Assembly: GCA_021613535.1 (NCBI GenBank)
Contig: CP075492.1
Location: 2,356,001-2,420,000, forward strand
From: Adineta vaga
Taxonomy: Eukaryota; Animalia; Rotifera
Direction of reading: 5' to 3'
Length of the DNA stretch: 64,000 nucleotides
Shown one piece after another: positions 25,417 through 39,782 of this stretch. The notes below the pieces were generated by a model. It had not been told where the DNA came from. It was given only the letters and a program-made list of their open reading frames with translations, and searched no databases. The translations under genes were made by a program, and so were the position numbers. The first letter of the stretch is position 1. Each line of letters opens with the position of its first letter.

Positions 25417-27290
25417 TTGTCATTCAAAAACACAAATCTACACAATAAATATAAATCTTGTCAGATTGTGGTCGAATCCTTCATATACAGAGAAGAATCG
25501 CTATGGATGAGAATAAATGATGAATACAATACTCTCACTAATGAAAATACTGAAAATTTATTTGAAGATTATTCTAAGATTATTTATTGTTTTCCTAATA
25601 CAAAAGTTTTAAATGAATCACCTAAAGAAAATATTCAATTATCTCTCCAGCAAAATATAACGTTTTCATTTTATAATCAACATAAAAAAAATCAACTCGA
25701 GAAATATCAAAAGAATCAGCTTTATTTCTTTGATTTCAATTATTTAAAAATGCTCTTTTAAATATGTCAAGTAATGATAGAAATGCAAAAGAAGATCTTA
25801 TACAATTATTTAAAAGAACGATATCATAATAATAATAAACAATTGAATAATTAATTGAAAATTTTCATGTGGAACTCGTATGCTTATTAATGAATATGAA
25901 CAATTAAAACAAAATGAAGGATGTCTTATATCAATCAATGGATTTTTATCAACCAGTTTTTTTAAAAGAAGTAGCTCTAGTTTTTGCTGGAAAATCATCG
26001 GATGAAATACATCAATCAATTTTATTCGAATTTCAATGTGATTTAAAAGCAATACAAACAATTGTTCTTGCACATATTGCAAAATTTAGTGTCAATAAAA
26101 GTGAAGAAGAAGTTCTTATCGATATTGGAGCTGTTTTTCAAATAATTTCTGTTGAATCAAAAGAAGACTATAGTTTAATTAAATTAAAAGCAACAGATAA
26201 AGGTAATCAAATTTCAAAAACTTATCAAAATCTGTCAACAATTGATTATAATCAAATATATTATCTCTTACTGGTGAATGTCATTTTTATAAAGAAGAAT
26301 ATGATGAAGATATTAATTATATTAATTCGGCTTATGAATATACGAGAAACTTATTATTTATATGATCATTTCGAAAGTGCATGTAATTTAAATCTTCTCG
26401 CGAAAATTTATACGATCAAAGGTGATTATAAACGTGCATTACATTATTTTTCACATGCTACATCAATTTATGAAAGAACTCTTCCAGTTAATCATCGAAA
26501 TCAAAGTATTTCTTTTAAAACTCCAGCAGATATCGCATTCAGTCTTGATATTCAAGCTAATATTTATTGTCATTTGGAAGATGATCGAGACAAAGCTTTA
26601 GAATTGCTTCAACAATCATTGGATACTAAAAGAACTTATCTTACAGAAAATAATCTAGAAATAGCAATTATATTGACTGTAATTGGTAATGATCTTCAAG
26701 AAAACGAACGTTATGATGAAGCTTTAATTAATCATTTATGAGAAAATAAATCCAAATGGACATATTCACATATGGCTAACACTTTACATGGTATCGGTTT
26801 TATTCATTATATCAAAAACGATTATGAGAGTGCTATTTTTTATTACAAAAAAGCTCGAAAAATCTATACAAAGAATTTTTGTCCTGGAGAATCAAATTTC
26901 ATACGTCTTTCATTATGTATTGCCGAAGCATATCAATCAAAAGAATACAATGGAAGCATTGCATACATATGACAAAGGTTTTTCAATTGATGTCGATGAT
27001 GAAATCGGACATTATGTTTATCATGTTGGCTATCGTTTATTAATGTTAAGTTATACATTAGAATGTAAAGGAAACATTTTAAAGGCTTAACGTATGCATC
27101 AATTATTTTTCAAACATATGATTCTCTTCACCTATTCAATCTTGTAGAAAGATTACTTGATCTTCCTGATCATGATAGAAATTCTAATGAAATTAATTTA
27201 TCTCTTGATGATCTTTATAAAAAAAAGCCTTTGAGCGTCTACCAGTTGTTGTTGAAATTCTTTATAAAGATATTGATCAATTAAATTTGT
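25417..27290 (+). pseudogene. Degraded ART-TPR gene
   Basis: SILFEFQCD, SEEEVLIDIGAVFQI and TPR fragments spread over several frames with stops. Confidence 0.75.
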
Positions 27291-27410
27291 ATTCAACTCA
27301 ATCAAAATAGCGGCTATAGCGCGGAACTCACGTATCTTACGTTTTAACGATTTCTAAAGTTGAAAGTATTTTCTTGTTACTAATGAATCTATAAATTTTG
27401 GGTAATATTA

Positions 27411-27471
27411 TCTGGAGGGTGGGTGTGAAGGTGAAGGTCTGGATCATATTCACTCACATCCACACACCCTA
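27411..27471. repeat. Junction element between convergent genes
   Basis: TCTGGAGGGTGGGTGTGAAGGTGAA...TTCACTCACATCCACACACCCT. Confidence 0.75.
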
Positions 27472-27641
27472 TACGTGATTGTTGATAAGAGAAATTTATA
27501 TTTCATGAAAGTGTTGAAGTGCAACAAAAGTGCAATCATCAAAGACACTGCAATATAGAAAATGAGAAGCAAAAAATTCTTTTCGAAACCAATAATAGTA
27601 AAAAGTTGACTCTTGAATAATCAAATAAAAAAGAGAGATTT

Positions 27642-29284
27642 TTATTCCGAATCCACTCCATCATCCGAACCATCTTCGTCGAACCAACGGTTATCATTGT
27701 CTGATGTATCGTAAAGATGATCTGTGCCCAATTCACATTGAAATTCATCTCGCCAAATTTGATCCACTTTATCGCATGATTTTTTCATCTTTTCATCTTC
27801 CACTATTGGCCACGGATCATGATAAATGACATAACCGACTAGGCGAACACAATCAGCGACATATTTCAGTGGTTCTTGCATATGAGAATGCCACATAATA
27901 TCAACCTACAACTAATGAAGATTGATCTATTTTCTTTATGGCATTCAATACTTACGGCATATGTGGGTGGAATAAATCCATTTCCATCTTTCAGAGGATA
28001 TTTTGCAGCCATATACAAAAATCGTTCATATGATTTTTTCAATCGTTGCAATGATTTTGGTTTTAGATCAATATGTTCAGAACTATAGTAGAGACGAACA
28101 TGACCTGGCAGCTTTTCGAAAGCGTCGGACATGAATTGTTTACATAACTCAAACCATTCTCCATCCAACTTAATGTCTCCTTCCGTAAATGAAAACGGAT
28201 TCTCATAGTCCTGAGGTGATTGTGATAAAAATTCGAACTGTGTTGTATCCCAATACGAATATGTGCCTTGTTGCTGCTTCTTTGGTGAGTTAAATGAATC
28301 CAGATCACGAACACGCATATAATTTTTCTCTTCTTCAATTTTCGGTAAGGTACAATATTTTTCACCGAATTTTTCCTCATATAATTGACATGTGTCAATG
28401 AATGCTTGTCGTTTAAAATAACTTTCTACTTCGTTTAGAACCAATGAATGATCAATCATTCGACGAAATAAACGAATACAATCTTTTTCATACATTTCTG
28501 GGCGAAGTAGGTGAGTTTGCCAAATGATTTCAATATCCAATGTTGGAATAAGAAGAGTATTTGCTGGATGATATGCTTTCAGTTGCATGAATCGATAATA
28601 GCGTTGAATCATTTGTTTTAGTATTGATGGTGAAAACCATTGTTTTAAAAAAGCAGCTGTTTTTTCCGACAATGATATTAATTCAGGTGCTGTTTTATCG
28701 ATGTCAACTGATAACTGAATTGTCCTATAATATGACGGCGAAAGAAATTTGAACATGTAAGGATTATAGAATAACGAGAGATAATCTTACATATCTTGTG
28801 TTGAATTTGGATGTTTAGTAAAGGAACCAATAGATTGGAAGTGATGTTTACCTGCTGGTCGTTGCGGATAAGAAGGTGGTGAAATGATAATACATGCGGT
28901 TCGGTGCATACGATCCATTCGCATATGATTTAACTTTTGATTGCGTATTGATTTTTCATGAATCCATTCCATATAGATTTGTTTGTAAGATTTCGAATAA
29001 AGTTTTTTTGACGCTAGAGAAGATCAGTTAGTAGAGAAGAAAAGCAAAATATAATGCAACTTACTATTGCATTTGAATTTCCAAAGTTCATCATGATCAG
29101 CAAGTGTTTTGAATGTTCGACAAACAGAAGAAATGCGACAAAGATCAGGTACAGATAAAAATCGAAAAATATATAAGAGAATTTCATTAGGAATATCGCG
29201 AAACAAAGATGAAGAAAGAGTTTGTCGTGATTCATCCAATGACCATGATAAATCAAAGGTAACTGATTTTGATTGTTTTTCCAT
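27642..29284 (-). CDS. F-box plus two GRDP/DUF1399-like domains, about 4 exons
   Basis: FRDIPNEILLYIFRFLSVPDLCRISSVCRTF (F-box); RYYRFMQL..PTLDIEIIWQTHLLRP and SYERFLYM..PPTYA|VDIMWHSHMQEP. Confidence 0.8.
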
Positions 29285-29860
29285 GTGAAAAGCTATTCGT
29301 TTAAGAATGAAATCTGAAAATAAATTGTCATATTATTCTGATTTGATTATGCTGTAAACAACGGAGAAAAAATGCATATAGACTCGCCATGATAGTGATT
29401 AAAAACAGTCAGCTTTCGGATGATGGGTTGTATGAGTCACTGTTTATCGTTTTCTCTTCCTCTATTTGAGCGCTACTATCTATCGTAATTCATGTGCCAA
29501 ACGATGTCCTATCACTACTACGAAAAACTAATGGACGAATGATTTCTAAAACTATAAAATACTGAAAGTGGTGACATTGACAACTAGGTTGCCATTTATT
29601 GATAAGAAGTTAGCACGAGATGACGACATAGAAATAAAAAAAAGAAAATTTGCGTGGCTCAAAAACTAACCAATCACATAACGAGAAAATCAAAAGCACC
29701 ATTAAAGAATAAAAAAATATGCAGATGGTGGTATCAAAACGAATATAAATAAATATTTAGAACTATAAAACGATAATGATCAAGAATGTCTTATTACTGT
29801 TATTAGAATCGTAGGCCATAAAGCCAGTGAACTAAAAAGTAGTCCCGGTTCCGCGGGATC

Positions 29861-29905
29861 GGGTGTGGGTATAGATAATTAACGAATACCCACACCCATA
29901 CCCTT
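29861..29905. repeat. Junction element
   Basis: GGGTGTGGGTAT...ATACCCACACCC perfect 12-bp arms, then ATACCCTT. Confidence 0.85.
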
Positions 29906-30484
29906 CCAGAAACCTATTTGTCTCACGGTCAGTTTCATACACGATGTTCAAGAACGACGGAATCTAATTGCTAAAAGATTCAAGTCAAAGACACTCCTAG
30001 ACAGGGTAAAACGAATAATGAAATAACTGTAACAGATAATGTTAATAAATCAAAATACTAATTTAAGACTTTTAGTGAACCAAATATTCCGCCAATCCCA
30101 AAGTCGAACTATTTACATCTGGTTTCTTTATCATCAACATTCTAATGATACTTTCTTCGTTTTATTGAGATTTATTCGAATAAAGATATGACTAAATCTA
30201 GCTTATACGGTTAAACGTGCTCTATAAAGTATACATTTTCTTTCTTATGGTCCTATACTCTTATTTGCAGCAGATAAATTACGTTCAATGTAAAAGGAGT
30301 GTCTCATAGAAGGTAAATATTTTTCATGATTGATACGAACTTAACACATTAACTCTCAAAAAATATTAAAGCTTTATTTCAAATGTCAGAATAAAGCATG
30401 CTAAAAATACAAATATAAATATTTTCTAATTACATATATAATTAAAGAACAATCGACATGTTCACATATAATAAGATAAAACAT

Positions 30485-30497
30485 GCACACCCTCAAG
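30485..30497. repeat. Minimal junction-element end
   Basis: GCACACCCTCAAG. Confidence 0.4.
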
Positions 30498-30933
30498 TGT
30501 ATATAGATAAGCACAAACAAAAACTAAGTAAATTCAAGGAGAAGTTCGTGACTTATCATTCAATACTCGACAAAAAAAACCAAATGAAAGAAAAATTTTG
30601 AATATAATCTATACAAAGAATAAGACATCGGAATGGTGAAAACAATTCATAGAGCATATGAGAACAATATTCTAGGTTGATCTATTAAATCTTTCTCCAC
30701 TGATGAATATAATGCATTTATAAATACAGGGTGGCACAAAAATTACTTTGCCGAAAAAAAATTGGATATCTTTATTACAGCTCGAGCTACTGAACTGATT
30801 TTTTTAATCAAATGTAGAGGCATCTTCACAGTACAAATCCATTCTGACATGAGGAGTGAGAACTTTTGCTAAGTATTATTATTGACTTCTACAAGAAAGG
30901 AGAAGAATACACTCAACAAAGTTTCTCAATAAT

Positions 30934-31299
30934 ATGATTACCAAAAGTTATCTGTTTGAAACTAAACTTCTTAGAAATGAACAAATACTCATTACAGGTG
31001 GATACAATCGCTTCTGGAATACCTTTTCAAGCATAGTAGAACTTTATAATCTATCATCGAATTCATTTATTAAGATAGATGAAATGATTTCTACACGAGT
31101 TTTTCATACAAGTACATTGTTTAATGACAAATCTATAGTACTTATCACTGGTGGAAGTAATAGTGGTACAATTTCATTTTCTACTGCCGAAATTCATAAT
31201 ATAACAACACGTACTTTTAAAGCTGTTGGTGGAACTGATTGGATAAACAAAATATTTGATCTTGTTTGTGAATTATATGATCCTGTCATACAAACTTGA
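30934..31299 (+). pseudogene. Kelch-repeat gene fragment
   Basis: ILITGG..ELY, RVFHTSTL..VLITGG, ELYDP; only about 2 blades. Confidence 0.7.
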
Positions 31300-31806
31300 T
31301 CAGAGACAAAAGGCTTAAACTTGTAATTGGTGGTTATAACAGAAATAGTAATGGGATTGCTATTTATGAAAAATATTATTTTTAATCGTTTACAGAAATT
31401 TTCCTTTTTCATTAAAAAGAAGCAAAGTTTTGTAGTTATATGTGTGAAAGTATCAAATAAAAATACACATCACAGTAAATAATATGATCGGTAAATCATT
31501 GATGATGAGTTCTGTTATAATAGTCAGAAGTAATACATCATAGACAGCTATCATTCATAACAAATGAATATCATCTCTGTTAGTTGTAGTCATACATTTA
31601 CATTTATATTCATTATTTTTCTTCTTAGTTTTTCACTCCAATCCAAGCAAGATTTGTATATTGAGACATAGAATAACGAAAAACAATGTGACTGTAATAA
31701 TATTTATTTTTTTCTTTGTCATTTTCTTTTCTTATCAACAACAACAAAAAAGAATACATATGATAATAGATTGGTTTGACCGTCACATATATTTTTCTTC
31801 TATGAT

Positions 31807-33006
31807 TTATTGACTATAGTCCTCAAGACCAAAAAGTTTTCTTCCTAATGGTGTAAGATCTTTATTTGCATCAATATTTGCTTTTTCAAGTTTGGAAACA
31901 ATTGCTTGACGTCGACGTTCAGCTCGTTCCAATGTCATAGCAGGATGTTGTCGAGGAAACATTTTGAAAAACTGCGCAAAACGTGGACGTTGACTATCAT
32001 TTGCTCGTGATCCATGCATAGTACGTTGATCCCACAGTATAGCTGATCCAGCTCGTGTAGGAATATGACAAGCAGCAGCATACATATCTGGAATAGCATC
32101 TTTATCAAAGAGAAGAAATCGAGAATGTCGTCCGAATCTTGAGCGCAATGAACGATGTTCTTGTGCCCATTGTGATATGTATTTATGAAAACCGGGTACC
32201 AGCCAAAATCCACCATCTTCTTCTAAATTATCAGCAAGATTCACTAGACCTTGGACATGCAATTCGCCGACTCTTGCACAACCTGGTTCATTGTTTTCAA
32301 CGATCCAATCATTATCACCTTGATACCGTAATTTGGCGAGGATTTTTAATTGATCAGCATTATCTTGATCTAAATGAATATTAAATATAAACCTTTCGAT
32401 ATTGTTCACTAAGAACTGTTATAGTTAGTTAACCTTCGATATAATTCCACGGATTCATGTCTAGATGAAGATTTGTCATCGTTGCACGATCAGGATAATC
32501 TTTCGTTGGTCGAAACATACCATAACGATCTTGATTGACAAGCAAATCGTCTGTTCCAAGAACAGTAGCGAAAGCTGTATGTAAACTTGCAGTTTGTCGA
32601 TTGAGTAAAATTTGCCGTGTCCACAAACTAGCGCTACCTATAATACCCTCTGATCGAATACCTGTTCGAGACCATATTCTAAATTTAGAAAAAAAACCTA
32701 CGTTAAAAATAAAGGAAATAGAGCCATCTGTTCCTACTGTTCGGTCCACAATTTGTCATCATGTCGGACTGGTTGTCCAACAAAAGACTCAATCACATTC
32801 CAAATATCTGCTATGGTAGCTTCACACTGTTCCGGAGTAAACACGTTGGAAATTACGACAAAACCATATTTTTCGAAGAATGCACGTGCTTCTGCGACTT
32901 CTAGACAATCAGAACTGGAAAGATTGAAACTTTGAACGTATCCTTCTGCATCTCTTGGTATTGTAGGAGGTTGAAATGCAGCTACAGAATTACTTATTGA
33001 CGACAT
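31807..33006 (-). CDS. PhyH-like Fe(II)/2-oxoglutarate dioxygenase, 3 exons
   Basis: FFEKYGFVVI, LHLDMNP (HxD), VQGLVNL, GGFWLVPGFH, AGSAILWDQRTMHGS..PR. Confidence 0.85.
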
Positions 33007-33179
33007 GAAGAATTCTATATAATAATAAAAAAGTCAGAAGAATGAGAGATGATGAGACAGTTCGAAAAGAAGTCGACATTTATTGGATTTATTTATTACT
33101 TTATGGGCACATTAAAAGATAATAATGGGGAAGAAACCAGAACGATAGATTAAAGTGTGAGTTATTTAATCTTATGCAA

Positions 33180-34400
33180 TTACATGAGCGTGTGATTAAT
33201 AGCTGTCCAAGTATCTGTCGATGAATCATACAATTCAGCACTATTATACCATCGATTGGCATTAGCTCCACCAGCAACTAAGACTTTTCCATCGTTGAGA
33301 ACAGATGCTGTATGTTCAAGTCTTGCAGTTATCATATTATCCCTGTTCATCCATGTTCCTGTAGATGGATCATACAACTCAGTACTATTCAGTACACCAT
33401 CAGGAGACGATCCACCGGTGACTAAAACTTTTCCATTTTTAAGTACGCATGCTTGGTGATGCGTACGTAAATCATTTAAACTGCCTGTAATTGTCCAATT
33501 ACCTGTTGATGGATCATACAATTCAGCACTACTTACAGACAGATCATGATCTCCACCAGTGATTAATATTTTTCCGTTTGTCAAAACAGATGCCGTGTGA
33601 TCTTGTCGCCCAATAGCCATCTGACCAACAGTTGTCCAAATTCCCGTTGATGGATCATATAATTCAGCGCTATTTAGATAATCACTTCTATAATTACGTC
33701 CACCCGTCACTAAAATTTTTCCATTCGTTAATAGAGATGCTGTGTGCTTACGTCGTGCTTCCAACATATTGCCAGTACGATTCCAAAGTCCTGTTACAGG
33801 ATCATACAACTCAGCACTTTCTAAAAATTCACCAGGACCAGATGATCCACCAACAACTAAAATTTTTCCATTAGTTAATAGAGATGCTGTGTGGTCAGAC
33901 CGTGCATATATCATAGTATTAATGGTGGACCAGACACCTGTGGTTGGGTCATACAATTCAACACTGTCTAAACAAGCAATATTACGATTAAGTCCACCAG
34001 TAACTAAAATTTTTCCATTTGTTAGGATCGATACTGCATGACTAGCTCGTCCATAATTTAATCTACCACTCATATTCCATGTTTTTGTTGATGGATCATA
34101 TAGCTCAGTACCGTTTAAGACTTTATTATAATCTTTAACTCCTGCAACGACTAAAATTTTTCCATTTGATAATATAGATGCTGTATGGGATTGGCGCACA
34201 TCATACATACTACCGGTATTAGACCATCCTACAAGAAAACGTATGAGCAAAGTTTTAAGATAATCTCATCATATATTAAAACTTACTGGACAGACGAGTA
34301 TTGAATAACTTTGATATTTGTCTTATCGGTGTAGCAATCGTGAGTGTTACCGCCAATGATAGAATAACTATAAAAAATGATTGATCTTTATATAAATCTA
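33180..34400 (-). CDS. Secreted or anchored Kelch beta-propeller (about 7 repeats)
   Basis: Repeated R..HTAS.L.NGKILVTGG..SAELYDP.TG.W; upstream hydrophobic exon FFIVILSLAVTLTIA; 5' end approximate. Confidence 0.85.
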
Positions 34401-34743
34401 TATACAGAAACTAATGGGAGATTGTCTCATTCATAATATGATTTGTTATTTTCCGTATTATACTCACAGCATATATATTTATAATACATATTGTATTCTA
34501 CTGGAGACAATTTGAATTTCAAAACTAACGTCTTCTTATTTCAAAGTATCTTATATATGATGAATGCTTTCATAAGAATGACAAAAGATAATTTTTTTTT
34601 CAAATGCAAAATGTACTGCTAGCATATTTTTTATCTTTACAGATAAATGGTTGAATACGAAAATATGTTCTACATAAAAGATTTTAACGTTAGATGTTCT
34701 TAAATTAAGGTGCTTTTTTAAATTCAATATATATTACAATGCA

Positions 34744-34801
34744 CAGAGTGTGGGTTTGAGATAGGAATAAGGGGAAATTCACACCCACACCCACACCCTG
34801 C
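34744..34801. repeat. Junction element
   Basis: CAGAGTGTGGGTTTGAG...TCACACCCACACCCACACCCTG. Confidence 0.85.
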
Positions 34802-35599
34802 ATATTCAGTTTCATTTCGACATGAACCATTATCAAGAAATTGAATTGTTGTATTCAAACAATTTGTTTCAATATACGTTCTAATATTGAAACAACGAAT
34901 TATGTATTATTATAGCCAGAACCATGGTGATAATATGATTCAATTTTTTGATATAATAAAGGATTTATATGACCATATTCAATGGGATCGAGATAAATAG
35001 AGCTATAGCTAAGATTTTTTTATATGTCGATGAACAAATAATTACTTGTTTCAACATATTATGCGAAAAATATAGTTATTTCAAACGATTAATGATGAGA
35101 ATCATGTTTATTAACATGAAAAAAAAAGATAATTATAGTCTACCATAGGAAATCGATGAATCGTCGTTTCATTGTCATATCATGAGCGTTAATGTGTTTT
35201 GATTGGTCAGCACACATGCGAGTTATTTCTCAGTAAAGTAGCTTTTTCATGAGAAACTAAAAATGCAATTCGATAAAAAATAATTTTCATTATCGATTCA
35301 TGTCAGCTCTATATTCGGTCTCGTAAATACTTATAGAGGTCATCATGCAGACATCGTGTACTTCATATTCATTTTCATAAACTCTTCGTATCACAAATCT
35401 CAACAAAAGAAATGTACTTTTATACTTAAGAGTGACGATATTCGATATACTATCAAATACGGTCTAGTTTTAGTTATTACTTCTCATACTTATTTCATCA
35501 TTTATCTGTTTATTATTTGTTCTTTATAATTTTCTTTTTGTTCGAATTCTTCGTCATATTTTCAATAATCATATTATCATTGTTATTCATCTCATCACT

Positions 35600-36050
35600 G
35601 AAATGACAAAATATTCATGGATGATCTATTCTATTACAACAATGGTATTTGGAAAAGATCTATGATTTTTTTGTAAAATTTGGTCATTTATTGATTATGA
35701 AGATTATACTATTTACTATGTACGATGGGGTACCTCATCAAATTGTTCCTATTGTTATAATTATTATATTTAATATTGCTTTATTCGTACGTGTTGTATG
35801 ATAAAAATATCGTTTTCAACAAATACCTCAATGGCGAAAATATCAAAAAGTGACAATTATCAATTATTAAGTTTTACGTTTCTTTATTTCATATTTTTAT
35901 TAACTATAACAATATATTAGATTATCTTTATATATGGTGCAAGTACTAACGTGTTTTATAACTATGCTTTCTACGTGACATTTTTCAGTTATTTTTTTGA
36001 CACTACGTTTTCTTTTTGCTTATTGTGCTTTATTATTACCTGAACTATAA
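35600..36050 (+). pseudogene. Decayed GPCR-like fragment ending at a junction element
   Basis: HQIVPIVIIIIFNIALFVRVV**KYRFQQIPQWRKYQKVT..QLLSF..LLLPEL, with stops and frameshifts. Confidence 0.55.
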
Positions 36051-36054
36051 CAAA

Positions 36055-36176
36055 AGTGTGGATGTGGGTGTTATCTTAGGGTCCCCACACCCACACCCTC
36101 ATGTGAATGGAACCAGAATCGATATCCAGAACATCGCCATCATCGATTTTTCACACTCTCACCCACACCCATCCAC
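36055..36176. repeat. Junction element (36055-36101) plus extra C-arm (36151-36176)
   Basis: AGTGTGGATGTGGGTG...CCCCACACCCACACCCTCA; CACACTCTCACCCACACCCATCCAC. Confidence 0.8.
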
Positions 36177-36705
36177 TTACTAGTCCGCTATTACGATCGG
36201 ATTAAAAGACAATATATTAAGATTGGAATGAAATAAGATTCATCTTGATTTATTTTTTGTTAGAAACATAAAGTAAAGGGCAATTTTAACGAAGATGGAA
36301 AATAGGACAGGAGCGTTGAGATCTATAGCATTAGTCATTTTTCATATCCGATTTCTATTGATTGATTTTCTTTTTGGGACACTTGTGGGATAGTTTTTCG
36401 TTTGATTTTTCTTCATTTTATTTGTTTAAATTTTTTTTTATCCAACGTTTGAATCTTTGCCAAGGCCGAATCGATGGATTATCTATACGAAATCATATGC
36501 TCAAATCAAAATCGAAATTAAAATACTATTTACTATTTACGGCTATTTGTTGGTCCATGAGAGAAGTTGGATGCAGAATTATTACAAATTCTAATTTGCT
36601 TTGCAATCAACACCTAAATTTGAATCTTATAAAAATGATTATATTTTCAAAAGGACTTATTAGAACAGATTAGAACATAGAAAATACGGCACAGTATTGG
36701 AAGGA

Positions 36706-36784
36706 CCCATACAGACAAGCAACGAAAAACACGACGTTTTCACGCGTAAAAACGCTGGTTGTTTTTGTTGCTTGTTTGCCTGGG
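36706..36784. mobile_element. 79-bp hairpin, MITE-like
   Basis: CCCATACAGACAAGCAACGAAAAAC...GTTTTTGTTGCTTGTTTGCCTGGG. Confidence 0.45.
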
Positions 36785-39730
36785 CAGAGTCAACAATCTG
36801 AATCGATTACTATACTGCCTCCCTATTTGAGAGTTCTTCTTCGAGATGAAACAAGTTCAATTCGCTAACGATTGTAATTTGGAACGAAGACGAAATCTCC
36901 TCTAGGTCATGGATCTTTGTTGTCTCAATAGAGTGATTTTCGATTTCTGAGGTTATATAAAAACAGACATGATTCTTAAAAAAACTATAATATATGTACT
37001 TTAAATCTTGAACAACGTTTGTGATTGAAAATCAAATACCTCACTATACAGACAGGACGTGAGTAAATATATGATTACACTGGGAAAAAAATGAAATTTT
37101 CTTTTAAATTAGATGAAAAAAAGTCATTTTACATGTAATGTTTGAATAAAATACAATTATTTACTCAGTCTACATGCATTCTCTCATCATAAGAATCTTA
37201 CTGAAAAACATCGTTTTCTTATATTTCAACGACTTCTTTTTTACAAAAGAATAAATATTAACAATGTCGTCACATACTCAACTTCTATACGCAACTAAGA
37301 TTTAGTCAAAGAATATTTTTAACAATCAAACTTTGGAAAGAAGAATAATAGTTAATTATGATAAAAAAACGAAACAAGTCGAGCACAGTCGACGCAAATT
37401 GAGTAACTACTATGGCTGTCTTATTATAAATGTGTTTTTCAGAGAAATTGTCTACGCTACGTAGTAATAATTCTTACGAAGAATGTTATGATTAATAAAA
37501 TATGTTGGTATGGCAACTCAAAAGTAGAAACGATCAAAATTGGTATTACTCCAGGATACTTCGTTGAGAACATGTCAATATTAAAATTGAACATAAGACT
37601 GATCTATATATATGTCTTTAGACGATTGTTTCTCAATAATATAGGTATAGATTAAGAGAAGACAGCCGAATGAAAGAACTCAAACAACAGAAAAAAAAAT
37701 GTATTTTTTGTTTTGTTTGTTAAAACTATCTTGTAACTATTAAAATGAACGATTACTCAAGATCACAAATCATTCTTTTTCTCTTTCATTCTCAAGGGTT
37801 AATTGTTAACCTTAAAAAAAGGAATAAATCTATTCTTTAGTATTCAAACCACACAATATTAGTTTTATTTGTCTCGATGTCTGTTGTATAAGACGATTAG
37901 GAAATCTATAGTTATTGAAATAGTAAAGATAAAAAAATGGACATATAAGAAAATCTTATCGTGTTTATTAAATTTTCTACTTAGAATAATTCTGAGCTTT
38001 ACAATAGAAAATGAATATTTATAAAATACGAATGAAAAAAAAACTTTTGTTTTAACTTCGATTGCTTTCTTTTCATACAGGGAAGACGAACCGATTGCAG
38101 GTTTGGTTTTAGAGAAAATTAGAAAAAAAGCCTTTTTTGCGCATTAAATTATTTTATTACCAAGATATATAATGATTTGCTCTGATGTAATATACAAATA
38201 TTGTGTTTTCTATTATCGATCTTGAGAAGAAGGTTGATAGTATGCGGGTTATTGTTCTTGTTTTCCTTTATCTGATGAATATTAAAAGTTTTCGTTAAAC
38301 TTTAGCTTAGTTCAATAAATATTTTAGAGAATGGGTGAGAATTCATTTAAACAGATTCATTTTCGAGTGAATCTATAAGGTTCACTCAAGATAATTTCAG
38401 ATGAATAATTTAACGTAAAATTCTTTATATTTCTATCACGAACTGTATATTATCGTCAATTATTTAGTGGTTTTTATTTTATACGATTTTTGTTCTAAAA
38501 AGAAATTTTTTCTTTTTGTTTTTCCTTTCGTTCATTTTGAAATTAACTAAATTCTTGTATCGCGGCTGTGATATCTGTGTGAGAGAAATTAATAAATATT
38601 GGACATACATATAAATAAAACAATAAATATAATTTTAATTATAGAAAGAAATTGTATAATGCTCGTAAATGTTCTTATTTATTGTTGATTATAGTAATTA
38701 ACAGGACAGTTTTATATTTATTTCACAGAGATAAGACAAATCATATAAGTTTTATGACATTTATTATTACACGTTTTGTACAGATTTCTATGATATACTT
38801 CTTAATATAAGAATAAGATTATGTTATTCATTTCTATAGAGTTGTTTACAAGATGCAAATATGTTACACTTATTACCCTTCGATACCCAATGATCCAACT
38901 GTGCTTGATATTTTTTGAAATCGTATCATTTACACCTATGTCAATTCTATTCAATACGAGTCTTTCTCTTTCAAATGTAGTGAGTTTTCTGAATAATTAT
39001 GATTATAGTATTTTATAAGTTTCTTCTCACGATCGAAACTCAATTTGGTATTTTCATCAAATTGTATACTTCGTTTTGTATTATGTTTAATGTATCTCTA
39101 CCAAAAAATGCTATGAAGCTGTTGGATCTGTTTGTCTAAAAAAAGTTATAAAGAAAATTTCTTTCTGCTTGTCTTTTTTTTCAGGTATATTTTACTCCTC
39201 AATATTCTATTTAAAACGATAAGCAATGCCATGTTACAGTTATACATAATTTTGTCGTTTTTTCAACATCTTTATCTAAATCTTCGAGATATTATTTTTC
39301 GTCCGGTGATTTATTGTACTTGCAATCTAATATCTTTCGTATTCAAATAGAAGTGCAAAATATCTCTTGCAAATTTAATCTATCAAAAAATATATTTATA
39401 GAAATTTAACGAATGATTAAAATACTAAAATAACGAGAAAGTTCCTATGTGAAAAAAATAGAACTAGTTTTGAACAATGCATCTTATGTCATTGTCTATA
39501 ATTGCTCGTCAAAGTTTTTCTCCTGGTGCTGATCAGTCTAAAAACGGAACAAATAGTGTTCGATAGGGAGAAAACGCATCCCATTCAAACTCCAGTGATC
39601 ATTCATGGATTGACTTTGTAATATGAGCTTTGCTGTTTTTATGAGAGAAATAAATGAGTGAACTACGCTTTCCATCACTCTTTCCGAACATTAGATATAT
39701 TTATTTTATTATTATTATTATTATATATTC

Positions 39731-39752
39731 CATACCCACACCCATACCCTCT
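39731..39752. repeat. Junction element, C-arm only, 30 bp past the stop of the minus-strand ART-TPR gene
   Basis: CATACCCACACCCATACCCTCT. Confidence 0.7.
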
Positions 39753-39782
39753 TTCAATGTCAATTATGAGACTTATCTTCGT

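Noticed and set aside
30725-30830. Tc1/mariner-like end TACAGGGTGGCAC
   Set aside because: No matching second TIR or transposase found.
36800-39700. Short ORFs in the AT-rich gene desert, and antisense ORFs overlapping real genes throughout the window
   Set aside because: Low-complexity or shadow frames without motifs.
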